Origin: an uncultured Mycoplasmatota bacterium
GTDB taxonomy: Bacteria > Bacillota_I > Bacilli_A > RF39 > UBA660
Length of the DNA stretch: 64,000 nt
Reading direction: 5' to 3'
Assembly: GCA_900554315.1 (NCBI GenBank)
Contig: USGP01000001.1
Coordinates: forward strand, 36,902-100,901
Position numbers and translations under genes: made by a program. Below are positions 62,390 to 64,000 of this stretch, one piece after another (the first letter of the stretch is position 1; every line of letters starts with the position of its first letter). Below the pieces are notes generated by a model, which saw only the letters and a program-made list of their open reading frames with translations, had not been told where the DNA came from and searched no databases.

Positions 62390-64000
62390 GTGAGAAAACA
62401 AGAAGTACGAAATAAAGCAATCTTAATAACCTTTTGCACTTTTCTTGTCTTAATTGCAGCTTTTAGTGTAATTAATTTGTTCACCGCAAAAACTACTTAT
62501 GGTAATATTGAACAGGTCTGGGATGGAGTAGAAGTAGCTACTTCTTTTTCTGCTGGTAATGGAACAGAAGAAAATCCCTATCAAATTACAAAAGGAAGCG
62601 AACTAGCTTATCTAAGGCAAATTGTAAATGAAAATTTATTACCAGACTTAGAAAATAAATATTTTGTTTTAAGCAATGATATTGATTTAGGAGGACATTC
62701 TTGGACCGGTATTGGAACGATGATTGGAGAAGAAGAAAGAGCCTTCTCTGGACATTTTGATGGTGCAGGCTACACGGTTAAAAATTTTAAAATAGATCAA
62801 CCTACTATTATAGATAATACTGATTATTATGGTTTATTTATAAATGTTAATAATGCAGAAATTAAAAACTTAAATATTAGTCAAGCATCTCTAACAACTC
62901 AAAATACAGCTAATCAAACAATAGCAGGTATCATAACTGCCAAAGTAGAAGGAACAACTTCTATTAGTAACATTGCTGTATATGATACAGAAATGGACTT
63001 AACTAATACACTAGGAACAGCAAATAATACCATAGGCGGTCTAATTGCAACAACTAATGAAGAAACTACTCTTCAAAATATTTATAACCAAATAACAATA
63101 ACAGACGTAAATGGAAACAGTTTTGGGAATACGATAGGAGTATTAAATGGTGCAGCGAAAAACATCGTAACGCAAATATCATATACCAATTTAGTATCTA
63201 CATATATACAAGAAGTAAAAGAGACAGGTGAAAAATCAAAATTAGAAAATGTTTATAAACTTGAAAATAATAATAACACATTAACAGTAACTTCTCCTGA
63301 AAATACTACTTTAGAGCAAGTATTAGATAGTTTAAATAAAGAAATTGCAGAAGAATATATTTGGACAGTAGATTCTATAAATTTAAAAATAATAAAAAGG
63401 GCAGATCAACCACAAGTCCAAAATGATATTCAAGCCCCAACAAATTTCAACTTTGGTAAAAGTGCAGCTATTCCGCTTCATGATACAGGAATAGATGGGG
63501 AAACTGCTTATATTAACGATTTAGAAAGTGACTATAATTATTACCTAGGATTAAATTATACAGAGTCAACGGATAGACAACTTCCAAGTGGAAACAATCA
63601 AAATATTTATAATGACAGTAATTTAGTAAAAGTATATATAAAATACAGCGGTGCTAATATTTCAGACGAGTCTGAAAAAGGGTATATCAGTTTAGAAGAA
63701 CAACAAAGTGCACTTGTATATTATAAATACTATCCAGTAAGCAATAATCAAGTAACGATAGAGTTAATTGATAATCCATTTGCCGACAGACCAAATGATA
63801 AAGCATTTAATGGATGGATTACAGATTACAATGGAGCAACGATAAGTTTTGATAAAGATACATATACTAGAACTGTAACCATTCCTGTTACTTATACAAA
63901 TGGAATACCAGATATGATTAATATCACATTTAATGCATCATGGATTAACGCATCAACAGCAGAAATAACAAGCGATAATAATAGTACTTGGAGTAATGCT
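62390..64000 (+). CDS. large surface protein, GLUG-motif / parallel beta-helix adhesin-like, 5' part (continues beyond window)
   Basis: Not in the track because no stop occurs in the window. AAAGGAGGGA is followed by GTG 62390, and the frame stays open for 537 codons to nt 64000. Signal anchor ILITFCTFLVLIAAFSVINLFTAKTT. GNGTEENPYQITKGSELAYL, FSGHFDGAGYTVKNFKI, YGLFINV...IKNLNI, IAGIITA, IGGLIAT. Confidence 0.7.
   Translation, partial: MRKQEVRNKAILITFCTFLVLIAAFSVINLFTAKTTYGNIEQVWDGVEVATSFSAGNGTEENPYQITKGSELAYLRQIVNENLLPDLENKYFVLSNDIDLGGHSWTGIGTMIGEEERAFSGHFDGAGYTVKNFKIDQPTIIDNTDYYGLFINVNNAEIKNLNISQASLTTQNTANQTIAGIITAKVEGTTSISNIAVYDTEMDLTNTLGTANNTIGGLIATTNEETTLQNIYNQITITDVNGNSFGNTIGVLNGAAKNIVTQISYTNLVSTYIQEVKETGEKSKLENVYKLENNNNTLTVTSPENTTLEQVLDSLNKEIAEEYIWTVDSINLKIIKRADQPQVQNDIQAPTNFNFGKSAAIPLHDTGIDGETAYINDLESDYNYYLGLNYTESTDRQLPSGNNQNIYNDSNLVKVYIKYSGANISDESEKGYISLEEQQSALVYYKYYPVSNNQVTIELIDNPFADRPNDKAFNGWITDYNGATISFDKDTYTRTVTIPVTYTNGIPDMINITFNASWINASTAEITSDNNSTWSNA

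Noticed and set aside
1-64000. CRISPR arrays, rRNA genes, IS elements with inverted repeats, and riboswitch-like leaders.
   Set aside because: No spaced direct-repeat arrays were seen, and no rRNA-like GC-rich structured stretches. No transposase other than the Rpn-like gene is present. The long intergenic regions (10267-10469, 39681-39857, 57278-57441) are plain AT-rich promoter regions without conserved riboswitch cores that I recognise.

Overview
Very AT-rich, low-GC Firmicute chromosome, probably a spore-forming Erysipelotrichia- or Clostridia-like organism (inferred from gene content). All calls come from reading the supplied translations and DNA by eye. No similarity searches were run, so family names are motif-based recognitions. 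Layout: (1) 1-8.2 kb holds the gatB 3' end, a sensor protein with a degenerate GGDEF domain, a YihY/BrkB protein, LtaS and an oxidative-stress operon (ArsC/Spx-like, desulfoferrodoxin, flavin-reductase-rubredoxin). (2) 8.2-17.4 kb is a cell-wall block: an LCP-PASTA fusion, a 1326-aa GH73 autolysin with four Ig-like repeats, an orphan KilA-N gene and a kinase-less six-PASTA membrane protein. (3) 17.5-39.7 kb is a large ABC-transporter-dependent wall-glycopolymer locus. It contains a Wzy_C-GT4 fusion, several GT2/GT4 enzymes, a GtrB-like enzyme plus three polytopic membrane proteins, an amber-interrupted acyltransferase, TagGH-like exporter genes, a pyruvyltransferase-ferredoxin-FrhB fusion, a GH25 lysozyme and a second, possibly frameshifted, LtaS-family gene. 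(4) 39.8-50.5 kb holds dagK, an Rpn-like nuclease, a spoIIA-like operon that lacks spoIIAB, spoVAC/AD/AE, scpAB and tRNA-Leu(CAA). (5) 50.6-57.3 kb holds PP2C-like, mini HTH-WYL and double-SIS genes, an unknown gene and a tail-anchored GH10-like/PHP fusion. (6) 57.3-64.0 kb is the best candidate for an undescribed system. It is a TasA/SipW-type fibre locus extended by a micro-ORF, a 551-aa cytoplasmic protein, a SipW carrying about 270 extra residues, and a GLUG-type giant adhesin that shares the same signal motif. No CRISPR array, rRNA, IS element or integrase was seen.
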